A stretch of DNA of 62,316 bases, filler included, from Actinomycetota bacterium (GCA_009886115.1; 4 parts of 4 records of this genome joined end to end with filler, not necessarily neighbours in it), one strand, 5' to 3'. Shown: positions 38,348-48,384, numbered from the whole stretch's first letter. A program made the numbers and translations. The notes: generated from the letters alone by a model not told the origin.

Positions 38348-39509
38348 TGAGCGAGCCGAGACGGGCCACGGCGTCGTCGAGCACCTCGTCGCGCTTGCAG
38401 AACGCGAAGCGCACGAGATGGCGGCCTTCCTCGGGACGCTCGTAGAACACGACGCTGGGGATGGCCACCACGCCGCAGCGGTGGGGGAGCGCTCGGCAGA
38501 ACGCCATGCCGTCGGTCGCTCCCACGCTGCGCACGTCGACGGTGGCGAAGTAGGTGCCCTGGGGGACGAACACCTCGAACCCTGCGGCGGCGAGGCCCGC
38601 GCACAGGCGGTCGCGCTTGGCCCGCAGCGCATCGGCCGTCGTGCGGTAGAACTCGTCGCTCATGCTCAGGCCGAGGGCGATGGCGTGCTGGAAGGGCCCA
38701 CCGTTCACGTAGGTGAGGAACTGCTTGGCCGTGCGGACGGCTGCCACCAGGGCCGGCGGCCCGCAGACCCAGCCGATCTTCCAGCCGGTGCAACTGAAGG
38801 TCTTGCCGCCCGACGAGATGGTGAGCGTGCGCTCGCGCATCCCCGGGAACGTCGACAGCGGGATGTGCTCGCCGTCGAAGACGAGGTGCTCGTACACCTC
38901 GTCGGTGACGGCGATGAGATCGTGCTCGAGGCACAACTCGGCGATGCCCTCGAGCTCGGCCCGGGTGAACACCTTGCCCGTCGGGTTGTGCGGCGAGTTC
39001 AGCAGGAGCAGGCGGGTCTTGGGGGTGATGGCCGCGGCGAGCGCGGCGAGGTCGACGGTGTGGTCGGGGGGGCGCAGGGTGACCGAGCGGGGCGTGGCCC
39101 CGGCCAGCGCGATGCAGGCCGAGTACGAGTCGTACAGCGGCTCGAACACGAGCACCTCGTCGCCCACCTCGCACAGCGCCAGGATGCACGCCGCGATGGC
39201 CTCGGTGGCCCCGGCGGTCACGAGGACCTCGCGATCGGGATCGAGGTGGAGCGCGTAGAACCGCGCTTGGTGCGCGGCGATGGCCTCACGGAGCTGGGGG
39301 ATGCCGGGCCCGGGCGGATACTGGTTGTGGCCGGCCCTGATGGCTGCCACGGCGGCCTCGAGCACCTCGGGCGGACCGTCGGTGTCGGGAAAGCCCTGAC
39401 CGAGGTTCACCGATTCGGTCTCGATCGCCAGTGCCGACATCTCGGCGAAGATCGTCGTCCCGAAGCCCTGGAGCCGGGAGGTGAGGTAGGGGAGGCGTCT
39501 CGCAACCAT
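38340..39509 (-). CDS. PLP-dependent class I aminotransferase (YbdL/DapC-like)
   Basis: NLGQGFPD, NSPHNPTG, TDEVYEH, SSGGKTFSCTGWKIG. Confidence 0.94.
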   Translation of the reverse strand: MVARRLPYLTSRLQGFGTTIFAEMSALAIETESVNLGQGFPDTDGPPEVLEAAVAAIRAGHNQYPPGPGIPQLREAIAAHQARFYALHLDPDREVLVTAGATEAIAACILALCEVGDEVLVFEPLYDSYSACIALAGATPRSVTLRPPDHTVDLAALAAAITPKTRLLLLNSPHNPTGKVFTRAELEGIAELCLEHDLIAVTDEVYEHLVFDGEHIPLSTFPGMRERTLTISSGGKTFSCTGWKIGWVCGPPALVAAVRTAKQFLTYVNGGPFQHAIALGLSMSDEFYRTTADALRAKRDRLCAGLAAAGFEVFVPQGTYFATVDVRSVGATDGMAFCRALPHRCGVVAIPSVVFYERPEEGRHLVRFAFCKRDEVLDDAVARLGSLKS

Positions 39510-39639
39510 TACCGGCAGCGTAGATCGCGGATAACTCCGGGCGAACTCCGGACGAAGTGGTCGATCCCGCGTTGCAATCGGGGAAACACCCCGGTACGTT
39601 CACCCCCCGCCACCTTCCCCCACGTCTGGTGACCATTTC

Positions 39640-41018
39640 ATGCTGCCCACCGTGTTGCGGTCGATCGTCTCGCGATCGTCGTCGTCCCGTTCGGCATTCT
39701 CCCGAGCCCGGGGGTCGCGGACCGGCCGCGCGCTCTCGCTCGGTCTGGCCCTGGCTTCCAGCGTCGCTGCGATCGCCCTGATCGCCGGACCTTCCACCGC
39801 CGCTCCACCGGTGGCCACCGTGCTGGCCAGCGCACGCGTCGGCACGACCGCGGAGGCCGGCCGCCAGAGCAGCGGCGCCTCGATCTCGGCCGACGGCAAC
39901 TTGGTGGCCTTCCTCTCGCGAGCCACGAACCTGGTTCCCGGCTTCGTCGACAACAACGGGGCCAGCGGCGACGACGCCTACCTGCTCGACCGGTCTTCGG
40001 GCGCCATCGTGCTGGTGTCAGGCGCCACACCGACGTCGGGGGCCAACGCCGACGTGTACCGGGTCCAGGTGGCCCGCGGCGGTCGCTTCGTCGTGTTCAA
40101 CACGGCGGCCACCAACGTCGTGGTGTCGCCGGTGGTGGCCGCGCCGAACTCGAACCGCCACGTGTACCGCTACGACCGCCTGGCCCCAGGCGCGACCGTC
40201 ATGGTCGACGTCACACCGGCGGGCCTTCCCGGGGGCGGCACCGCCGACGACCCCACGGCGTCCGACGACGGCCGCTACGTCGCCTTCGACAGCACGGCCG
40301 CCGATCTCGTGACTGGCCAGATCGACTCCGACGCCGTCACCAACCCCTCCTACGACGTCTTCCTCCGTGACATGAACGCCGTGCTCCCCTCGACGGGCAT
40401 GACGATCGTGAGCCATCTCGCGTTGTTACCGGCCAGCGCATTGGCCGCGACCGACCCTCAGCCTCTGATTGACGCCCAAGGGCTGAAGCACCCGCGAGAC
40501 GGATATGGCAGCCGTGCGCCATCGCTATCTGCCGATGGGTGCTTCGTCGTCTTCTACACGCGGGCCAACCTCGCGAACCTGAACCCTGCGATCACCGACT
40601 CGACGGGCCTTCCCGATGTCGTACGCCTGTCGCGCTGCGGCGCCGGCGACGTCTTCGAGTTGGTGAGCCATCGGGATACAAGCACCCCGGGGGCTCCCGT
40701 ATCGGCCAACCAGTGGAGCGACGACGCGACGGTCTCGGCCGACGGGAACTGGGTTGTGTTCGAGACCCATGCGACCAACCTCGTCACCGATGTCATCGAT
40801 GCCAACGGCGGCGCTGAGGACGTGTACCTGCGTGACATGGCCGCCGCCCAGAACTACTTGATCAGCGCCGACTTCAACGATCCGACGACGACGACCGACG
40901 GCTACAGCGACACGGCGTCGTGGCTGGGGCCCAGCGGGCGCATGGTGTCCGACGACGGCCGCTACGTGGTGTTCCAATCCCGCTCGAACACCGCGTACCC
41001 GGGGCTGGCCGATCCCAA
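39640..41018 (+). CDS. Secreted TolB/PD40-type beta-propeller protein, truncated at the contig end
   Basis: Basic-hydrophobic signal-like N-terminus and repeated blades ISADGNLVAF, ASDDGRYVAF, LSADGCFVVF, VSADGNWVVF, VSDDGRYVVF. Confidence 0.82.
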
Positions 41019-41118
41019 NNNNNNNNNNNNNNNNNNNNNNNNNNNNNNNNNNNNNNNNNNNNTTAATTAATTAANNNNNNNNNNNNNNNNNNNNNNNNNN
41101 NNNNNNNNNNNNNNNNNN
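41019..41118. other. Artificial contig linker
   Basis: N44-TTAATTAATTAA-N44. Confidence 0.99.
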
Positions 41119-41569
41119 GAGCATCCAGATCGACGATCCAATACCAGGCCAGACCCTCGGCCGCGTACTTGGCGCGCTTGACGATCCGGTCCTCGGTCCG
41201 CGTCGACGGCGACAGGACCTCGACGATGAGCAGGGGCGCCACCGATTCGAGGATGACCGTGTCGGGAACGTCGATGGCGATCACCATGATGTCGGGCTCG
41301 AACAGCCCGGAAGCGGTCGACCAACCCCACTCCGCGATCGCCGTCATTCCCGGCGGACAATGATCGTCGAGCAGGCGGGTGAGGATCTTCTCAGCGACCG
41401 CGTGCCTTCTGGTGGGTGGATTCACGATGCACGTCCCGTCGTACCACTCGTGGTGCTTCGTCTCGCCCAGGGCGAGGAAGTCATCGAATGACATCGGGAT
41501 CCGCAACGAGGATCCGCCTCGGAGGCCACCGCTCACGGCCTCGACGGTACCACCGCGCCCGCCGGCCAT
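41119..41569 (-). CDS. Uma2 family endonuclease, 3' truncated by the contig end
   Basis: HEWYDG..VNPP..H, EPDIMV, LIVEVLSPST..DR..KRAKYA..YWIVD. Confidence 0.9.
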
Positions 41570-43662
41570 CAGCGGCGCCGACGCCCGGTGGCCGACCCGG
41601 CCGTGCCCCCGGCCGCGGCGCCGCCTGGAGATCCCTCCTTGCCGAGCAGGTCGGCCCGGAGGTCGGCGATCTCGTCGCGCAGCCGAGCGGCATCCTCGAA
41701 GCGGAGATCGCCCGAGGCCTCGTGCATCTCCTCCTCCAACGTGCGGATGATGCGCTCGATCTCGTCACGGGGCATGCCCTTGAGCTCGGACCGGAGCCGG
41801 GCGCGAGGCGGGCCTCCCCGACCGGCCCGGCCCCGGGAGCCGTTCTCGGAGCCGTCGTCGCCCGACGAGCGCAGCATGTCGAGGATGTCGGACACCTTCT
41901 TGCGGATCGTCTCGGGCTTGATGCCGTGCTCGGCGTTGTACGCGAGCTGGCGCTGCCGGCGGCGTTGGGTCTCGGAGATGGCCCGTCGCATCGACTCGGT
42001 GACCTGGTCGGCGTACATGATCACCTGACCGTCGACATTGCGGGCCGCTCGGCCCATGGTCTGGATGAGCGCGGTCTCGGACCGGAGGAACCCCTCCTTG
42101 TCGGCGTCGAGGATGGCCACGAGCGCCACCTCGGGCAGGTCGAGGCCCTCCCGCAGGAGGTTGATGCCCACGAGCACGTCATACTCGCCCAGGCGCAGAT
42201 CTCGCAGCAGCTCGATGCGTTGCAGCGTGTCGATCTCGGAGTGGAGGTAGCGGACGCGGATGCCCAGCTCGAGCAGGTAGTCGGTGAGGTCCTCCGACAT
42301 CTTCTTGGTGAGCGTGGTGACGAGCACGCGTTGGTCGCGTTCGGCCCGGAGGCGGATCTCGGCGATGAGATCGTCGATCTGACCCTTCGTCGGACGCACC
42401 GACGCCTCGGGGTCGACGAGACCCGTGGGGCGCACGATCTGCTCGACGATCTGGGAGGAGACCTCGACCTCGTACTTTCCGGGCGTGGCCGAGAGGAACA
42501 CGATCTGCTTCGCCAGGCCCATGAACTCTTCGAAGCGCAACGGCCGGTTGTCGAGCGCCGAGGGGAGCCGGAAACCGTGGCCCACCAACGTGTCCTTGCG
42601 TGAACGATCGCCCTCGTACTGGCCGTGGAGCTGCGGGACGGCCACGTGCGACTCGTCGATCACGATGAGCAGGTCGTCGCCGAAGTAGTCGAGCAGCGTG
42701 AACGGACGGGTGCCGGGCTCGCGGCCGTCGAGATGGCGGGAGTAGTTCTCGACGCCCGAGCACGAGCCGACTTCACGGAGCATCTCGAGGTCGTACGCGG
42801 TGCGCATCCGCAGGCGCTGGGCCTCGAGCAGCTTGCCTTCGCCCTCGAACCAGGCCAGGCGCTCGTGCAGCTCGGCCTCGATGGTGATGCAGGCCCGCTC
42901 GATGTGCTCGCGCGACGTGACGTAGTGCGAGGCCGGGAAGATCACGACCCGGTCGGTCTCCTCGGTCATCTCGCCGGTCAGCGGGTCGATCCAGGAGATC
43001 CGCTCGATCTCGTCGCCGAACATCGAGACCCGCAGGGCCCGTTCCTCGTAGGCCGGGAAGATCTCGAGGGTGTCACCCCGCACCCGGAACTTGTTGCGGG
43101 TGAAGCCGATGTCGTTGCGGTCGTACTGCATGTCGACGAGACGGCCGAGGATCTCGCGCTGCTCGTGCTCGACGCCGACCTCGAGCACGAGCATGTTGGC
43201 CCGGTACTCCTCGGGCGCACCCAGGCCGTAGATGGCCGAGACCGATGCCACGACGATGACGTCGTTGCGTGACAAGGCCGACGACGTGGCCGCGTGGCGC
43301 AGCCGGTCGATCTCGTCGTTGATCGCGCTGTCCTTCTCGATGTACGTGTCGGTGCTCGGGAGGTAGGCCTCGGGTTGGTAGTAGTCGTAGTAGGACACGA
43401 AGTACTCGACGCGGTTGTCGGGGAAGAACTCGCGGAACTCCGAGGCGAGCTGTGCGGCCAGCGACTTGTTGGGCGCCAGCACCAGGGTGGGCCGGCCCGT
43501 CTGGGCGATGACGTTGGCGATCGTGAACGATTTCCCGGAGCCGGTGATGCCGAGCAGGGTCTGGAACCGGTCGCCCCGCTCGACGCCGGTGACGAGGTTG
43601 ACGATGGCGGTCGGCTGGTCGCCGGCGGGCTCGTAGTCGGCCACGAGGTGGAACTCAGGCAT
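41569..43662 (-). CDS. uvrB: Excinuclease ABC subunit B
   Basis: [55 protein letters not shown]. Confidence 0.98.
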   Translation of the reverse strand: MPEFHLVADYEPAGDQPTAIVNLVTGVERGDRFQTLLGITGSGKSFTIANVIAQTGRPTLVLAPNKSLAAQLASEFREFFPDNRVEYFVSYYDYYQPEAYLPSTDTYIEKDSAINDEIDRLRHAATSSALSRNDVIVVASVSAIYGLGAPEEYRANMLVLEVGVEHEQREILGRLVDMQYDRNDIGFTRNKFRVRGDTLEIFPAYEERALRVSMFGDEIERISWIDPLTGEMTEETDRVVIFPASHYVTSREHIERACITIEAELHERLAWFEGEGKLLEAQRLRMRTAYDLEMLREVGSCSGVENYSRHLDGREPGTRPFTLLDYFGDDLLIVIDESHVAVPQLHGQYEGDRSRKDTLVGHGFRLPSALDNRPLRFEEFMGLAKQIVFLSATPGKYEVEVSSQIVEQIVRPTGLVDPEASVRPTKGQIDDLIAEIRLRAERDQRVLVTTLTKKMSEDLTDYLLELGIRVRYLHSEIDTLQRIELLRDLRLGEYDVLVGINLLREGLDLPEVALVAILDADKEGFLRSETALIQTMGRAARNVDGQVIMYADQVTESMRRAISETQRRRQRQLAYNAEHGIKPETIRKKVSDILDMLRSSGDDGSENGSRGRAGRGGPPRARLRSELKGMPRDEIERIIRTLEEEMHEASGDLRFEDAARLRDEIADLRADLLGKEGSPGGAAAGGTAGSATGRRRR

Positions 43663-43668
43663 GGGTGG

Positions 43669-43690
43669 AGCGTACCGAGGGGGTACGACA
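43669..43690 (-). promoter_or_regulatory. PafBC/RecA-NDp-type promoter of uvrB (leaderless)
   Basis: Minus strand TGTCGT-ACCCCCTCGG-TACGCT, then 6 nt to ATG. Confidence 0.8.
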
Positions 43691-43703
43691 GTTCGGGGGC
43701 CGA

Positions 43704-43742
43704 TCAGCCCGACATCCGGGTCAGCCCGACGTCCGGGTCAGC
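43704..43742. repeat. 17-bp tandem repeat, two full units plus a partial
   Basis: TCAGCCCGACATCCGGG TCAGCCCGACGTCCGGG TCAGC. Confidence 0.75.
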
Positions 43743-43754
43743 GCCTTGGAACGA

Positions 43755-44369
43755 TCAGCGCCTCGGGACGATCAACGGGACGAGCGCCGCGACGGCCCGC
43801 TCCAGATCGGCGACCCCGCCGCCGTTGTCGACGAGGTGGGTGGCGAAGGCGTTGCGCTCCTCGTCGGAGGCCTGAGCGGCCATCCGGGCCGCCGCATCCT
43901 CGCGCCGGAGCCCTCGCGCCTCGAGGCGGTCGAGCCGCACGTCGACCGGGGCCCCGACCACCACGATCACGTCGTAGTTGCGCTCGGCCCGCGTTGGGTC
44001 TTCCACCAGGAGCGGGACGTCCATGAGGCACACACCCTCGGGCGGCGTGGCTTCGACCCGGGCCATCATCACGGCGCTGATCGCCGGATGCGTGATGGTC
44101 CGGAGAGCGAGGCGGGCGTCGTCGTCGTTGAACACGATGTCGGCCAGGGCCTGACGATCGAGACGGCCGTCGGGGGCGACGATCGCACTGCCGAAACGTT
44201 CGACCAGCTGGGGGAACGCCGCACCGTCGGGTTCGACGACCTCCCGGGCGATCAGGTCGGTGTCGACGACGATCACGGCGACGCCGGCGGCGGCCAGCCC
44301 GTCGTGCAGCAGCCGGGTCACGGTCGACTTGCCGGATCCGATGCCGCCGGTGATACCCACTCTCAGCAT
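43755..44369 (-). CDS. coaE: Dephospho-CoA kinase
   Basis: GITGGIGSGKST, DTDLIAREVV, LDRQALA..F, ITHP, DVPLL. The coaE-uvrB order is the usual one. Confidence 0.95.
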   Translation of the reverse strand: MLRVGITGGIGSGKSTVTRLLHDGLAAAGVAVIVVDTDLIAREVVEPDGAAFPQLVERFGSAIVAPDGRLDRQALADIVFNDDDARLALRTITHPAISAVMMARVEATPPEGVCLMDVPLLVEDPTRAERNYDVIVVVGAPVDVRLDRLEARGLRREDAAARMAAQASDEERNAFATHLVDNGGGVADLERAVAALVPLIVPRR

Positions 44370-44559
44370 GGGCGGGGAGTGTACGGGCCCCGACCGGCGA
44401 CCCGACGGTCCCGGCGACCCGTCGGTCCCGGCGGAAGGACCTCGACGATCGCCAACCCGGGTTCGGTCTCGATGACCGACGGGCACCTCAACCCGCCGGG
44501 CTCCGGAGCCGATCCTCCAGGGGGGAAGCCGCCGAGCCGTCGAAAGCCCGACGTCCATC

Positions 44560-46257
44560 GTGATACTCCGCAGCCTGAGACGGCTCGCGCTCCATGCGGC
44601 ACCACGCTGCGAAGACGACGCCGCCGCCCGTGACGGGGTGGTCGACGTGTTCGGTCGGCTGGTCGCGTGGTTGCGCTGGACGGGGGTCACCCTCGGTTTC
44701 GTCGTCGCCATCGATGCGGGCGACGTTCGGGGAACCTGGTTTCCGCTGGCTGCGACCCTGCTCGTGCTCGACAGCATCTGGCGGACGGTGCGTCCGGTAC
44801 GGCTCGCTCCCGATCGCCCAGCGGCATCCCTGCCATTCGTGACCGATCTCGTGTCGGTGCTCGGGGCCGTGGGCCTCACCGGCGGATGGGAGAGCCCCTT
44901 CGTCCTGCTCCTGCTCGTGAGCGTGCTCGTCGCCGGCTTCGGTCGCGGGTACATGGCCGCGTTCTCGATCGCCGGAGCGGCCCTGGCCGGCGTCGCCGTC
45001 CCGGCCATGATCGTCGGCCATGGGAGCGACCCTACGAACACCGCCGCCGCCGTGGTGTTGGTGCTCACCGCCACCGCGGCGATCGCCGGGTACAGCCGCG
45101 GCCTGTTCGTCGAGGCCCACCAACGACAGCGGGCGACGACCGACGAGCTGACCCGTCTGGGCGAGGTCAACCACCACCTGCTCCTGCTGTACCAACTCGC
45201 CCAGGCCCTCCCGGCCTCGCTCGACCTGAACGAGGCGGTCGTCGCCTCGCGCCGGCATCTCGGCGAGCTCGCGCAGTTCAGCGTGTTCGCTGTGTTGACC
45301 ACCGACGACGCCGGCGACGAGTGGCGCGTGGAGCTGGCCGAGGGACTGCGGATCCCCGAGTCGCTCACCAACGCCGATCTGCCCGATCCCGTCCGACGGG
45401 CCGTCCATGCCGCCGGTGGCGTGGTCTGCGAGGATCTGACCCAGGAGGGGCCCGGGCTCGACCCGGCCTCGACCACCGGCGTGTACGTCGCGCTCCACTC
45501 CCGAGGCCGGGTGCTGGGCGTGCTGGCGGTGGAACGCACCGGCTCCGAGCCATTCGGCCTCACCGACCTGCGAAGCGTCGTGGGCGTGGCCGACCCGCTG
45601 GCGCTCGGCATCGACAACGCCCGCTGGTTCCGACGGCTGCGGAGCCTCGGCGCCGAGGAGGAGCGGGTGCGCATCGCTCGCGACCTCCACGACCGGCTGG
45701 CCCAGTCACTCGTCTACATCTCGTTCGAGCTCGACCGCGTCGTGAAGCGCCGCGGCCCCGACGAGCAGCTCGAGCAGCTCCGTGACGACGTCCGCCGGGC
45801 GGTCGGCGAGCTGCGGGAGACCCTGGTGCAGCTCCGGTCGACCGTGAGCGTCGAGCGAACGCTCGACGTGCTGATCCGAGAGCACACCGAGCGCTTCACC
45901 AGGCGGACGGGCATCGGCGTCGGCCTCCGTCTCGACGGAGCTCGCCGGTTCCCTCCCCGGGCCGAGCAGGAGGTCCTGCGGGTCCTCCAGGAGGCGCTCA
46001 CGAACGTGGAGAAGCACTCGGGAGCCCGCAACGTCACCGTCCAGTGGCAGTCCCGAGCGCCCCACGCTCGACTCGTCGTGCACGACGACGGCTGCGGCTT
46101 CGACCCCGGGGGGCCACCCGAGCGCGACGACTCCTTCGGGATCATCGGGATGCGCGAACGGGCCGAGACGCTCGGCGCCACGCTGGCGGTCGACAGTCGA
46201 CCCGGCTTCGGGACCCGGCTCGTGCTCGACCTCGAACGCGCCGACGTTCCCTCATGA
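44560..46257 (+). CDS. Membrane GAF-domain sensor histidine kinase (HisKA_3 / NarX-like)
   Basis: TM helices, GAF-like region, EERVRIARDLHD, QEALTNVEKHS, DDGCGF, FGIIGMRER. Confidence 0.92.
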   Translation: MILRSLRRLALHAAPRCEDDAAARDGVVDVFGRLVAWLRWTGVTLGFVVAIDAGDVRGTWFPLAATLLVLDSIWRTVRPVRLAPDRPAASLPFVTDLVSVLGAVGLTGGWESPFVLLLLVSVLVAGFGRGYMAAFSIAGAALAGVAVPAMIVGHGSDPTNTAAAVVLVLTATAAIAGYSRGLFVEAHQRQRATTDELTRLGEVNHHLLLLYQLAQALPASLDLNEAVVASRRHLGELAQFSVFAVLTTDDAGDEWRVELAEGLRIPESLTNADLPDPVRRAVHAAGGVVCEDLTQEGPGLDPASTTGVYVALHSRGRVLGVLAVERTGSEPFGLTDLRSVVGVADPLALGIDNARWFRRLRSLGAEEERVRIARDLHDRLAQSLVYISFELDRVVKRRGPDEQLEQLRDDVRRAVGELRETLVQLRSTVSVERTLDVLIREHTERFTRRTGIGVGLRLDGARRFPPRAEQEVLRVLQEALTNVEKHSGARNVTVQWQSRAPHARLVVHDDGCGFDPGGPPERDDSFGIIGMRERAETLGATLAVDSRPGFGTRLVLDLERADVPS

Positions 46258-46355
46258 CGACACCCTCGACACCCTCGACACCCTCGACACCGACGACACC
46301 GACGGCGGCACTCGCCCCCGCGCTCACGTCACGAACGCCGAAGGACGCTCCATGA
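46254..46355 (+). CDS. 33-aa mini-ORF built on a 9-bp tandem repeat, bridging kinase and regulator
   Basis: MTTPSTPSTPSTPTTPTAALAPALTSRTPKDAP*. ATGA overlaps at both ends. GACACCCTC x3 plus GACACCGAC x2 at 46259-46303. Confidence 0.35.
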   Translation: MTTPSTPSTPSTPTTPTAALAPALTSRTPKDAP

Positions 46356-47068
46356 TCCGCGTACTCCTGGTCGACGACCACCAACTGCTGCGCCACGGGC
46401 TCCGTCTGTCACTCGAAGACGCCGGGTTCCTGGTGATCGCCGAGGCATCCGACGGCGAGGAGGCGGCTCGCCTGGCCGAGGAGCTCTCGCTCGATGTCGT
46501 CCTGATGGACGTCACGATGCCCGTCCTCGACGGCATCGAGGCCGCTCGCCGGATCCATCGGTACGACCCGGCGCTTCCCATCGTGATGCTCACCATGCAC
46601 GCCGATCCCGAGACCGCCAGACGGGCGCTCGATGCCGGGGCCATCGGCTACCTGATCAAGGACAGCTCGATCGAAGACGTGGCTGCGGCATTGCGCCTGG
46701 CCACCGACGGAGAGACCGTTATCTCGCCCGACGTCGCCGTGGCGATGCTGGCCGAGGTTGACGCCCTCGACCTCTTCGAGCCCCGCATGGCAGCGGCAGG
46801 AACAGGCGCCGGCATGAGCTCGAACCCTGCGCCGACCGGCGGCACCTTCGCGTTCGACGGCTCGACCGGCATCCTCACCCCCCGCGAGCGGGAGGTGCTC
46901 CAGGCCATCGCCGAAGGCCACTCGACCAAGGACGCCGCCCGCACCCTGTTCATCAGCGTCAAGACCGTCAAGAACCACCTGGCGTCGATCTACGAGAAGC
47001 TCGATGCCCGTGACCGGACCCAGGCGGTTCTCGGCGCCGCCCGGCTCGGGATCATCAAGCTGCCGTAA
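46352..47068 (+). CDS. NarL/LuxR family response regulator
   Basis: LLVDDH, LMDVTMP, LTMH, YLIK, LTPREREVL..KTVKNHL..KL. Confidence 0.95.
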   Translation: MIRVLLVDDHQLLRHGLRLSLEDAGFLVIAEASDGEEAARLAEELSLDVVLMDVTMPVLDGIEAARRIHRYDPALPIVMLTMHADPETARRALDAGAIGYLIKDSSIEDVAAALRLATDGETVISPDVAVAMLAEVDALDLFEPRMAAAGTGAGMSSNPAPTGGTFAFDGSTGILTPREREVLQAIAEGHSTKDAARTLFISVKTVKNHLASIYEKLDARDRTQAVLGAARLGIIKLP

Positions 47069-47179
47069 CCATGGCTCACCCAGCGTGACCAGATTGGGCC
47101 CATCGGCCTATGAAGCCCGACCACCGTCCGTGACGATGAATTCCCTACCACTGCAACCAACCATGGAGGGGAATTCCCA

Positions 47180-47286
47180 ATGGACCTGTTCATCCTGAAG
47201 ACCTGGCTCGAGGCCAAGTTCACCCCCAAGAACGACGAAACGGGCGCCAGCCTCGTCGAGTACGGCCTCCTCGTCGCCCTCATCGC
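47180..47286 (+). CDS. flp: Flp family type IVb pilin, truncated at the contig end (absent from the ORF track)
   Basis: MDLFILKTWLEAKFTPKNDETG/ASLVEYGLLVALI carries the G/xxxxEY Flp motif. GGAGG RBS upstream. Confidence 0.9.
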
Positions 47287-47386
47287 NNNNNNNNNNNNNN
47301 NNNNNNNNNNNNNNNNNNNNNNNNNNNNNNTTAATTAATTAANNNNNNNNNNNNNNNNNNNNNNNNNNNNNNNNNNNNNNNNNNNN
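47287..47386. other. Artificial contig linker
   Basis: N44-TTAATTAATTAA-N44. Confidence 0.99.
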
Positions 47387-48249
47387 AGGGCGCCCCGGGC
47401 CGCGAGGTACTCGACGAGGCTCTCGGTGACCGTCATGGCCTCGCGCTGGCGCACGCCCAGGGTCGAGAGGATCACCTGACCCACGACATCGGGATCGGCG
47501 AGGGGCCCCAGCTCCACCAGCCACGCACCACCGGCGATCTCGGGGGCCAGCTCGGCCGCCACCTGCAGGGCCAGGCGGGTCTTGCCCACCCCGCCGGCCC
47601 CGGTGAGCGTCACCAGACGCTCACGGCGAACGAGGTCGGCGAGCTCGGTGACCTCACGCTCACGACCGACGAAGCTCGTCACCTGGAGCGGCAGGTTGCC
47701 CGGCGACGCGTCGACCGTCCTCAACGGTGGGAAGGCGGTCCGGCCCAGCTGGTACACCCGCTCGGGAAGCGAGAGGTCGCGCAGCCGTCGCTCGCCCAGA
47801 TCGACGAGCGCCTCCCGATGCTGCCCGCCGAGCAGCTCCTCGGTGGCCAGCGACACGAGGATCTGACCCCCGTGACCGGCGGCCATCAGCCGAGCGGCCC
47901 GGTTGACGGCCGGCCCGAAGTAATCGCCGTCACGCTCCTGCGCCTCTCCCGTGTGGACGGCCATCCGCACACGTAACAACGACGGCTGTGTCTCGGTTGC
48001 CGCGAGTTTCGCCTGCGCTCGCTGGGCGGCGTCGACCGCGTCACCGGCCCGGTGGAACGCGGCAGCGAACCCGTCGCCCCCGGTCGAGAACACCTAGCCG
48101 CCGTGGGCCTCGATCGAGTCGCGCACCACGGCGTCGTGTACCGCCAACGCGGCCCGCATCTCGTCGGGCCGTTCCTCCCACAGCCGCGTCGAACCCTCGA
48201 TGTCGGTGAACAGGAACGTCACCGTGCCCGACGGCCGTCCGGTACTCAT
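47387..48249 (-). pseudogene. Class III nucleotide cyclase + STAND ATPase, in-frame TAG at codon 52, cut by the contig end
   Basis: MSTGRPSGTVTFLFTDIEGST..HGG*VFSTGGDG..GPAVNRAARL..TSFVGRE..GAGGVGKTRLA. TAG at 48094-48096. Confidence 0.85.
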
Positions 48250-48324
48250 GCGCTCATCCTCGCGCGACCGGTCCGCCCCGTCGACGTGCCCGTTTCGTCG
48301 GGCCCCGACTCGTCACACCCTCAT

Positions 48325-48367
48325 TTCTTCGCGATCTCGCGCACCCCCGGTGAAAAATCGCGAAGAA
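48325..48367. repeat. Intergenic inverted repeat
   Basis: TTCTTCGCGAT-N21-ATCGCGAAGAA. Confidence 0.75.
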
Positions 48368-48384
48368 TCGAACACACAAGGCGA

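Noticed and set aside
24038..47342. Three TTAATTAATTAA palindromes inside N runs
   Set aside because: Artificial contig linkers. ORFs and synteny crossing them are not biological.
48094..48096. Pyrrolysine or recoded amber codon
   Set aside because: TAG is used as a normal stop elsewhere (ald, SDR 37526, GNAT toxin) and no pyl genes are visible
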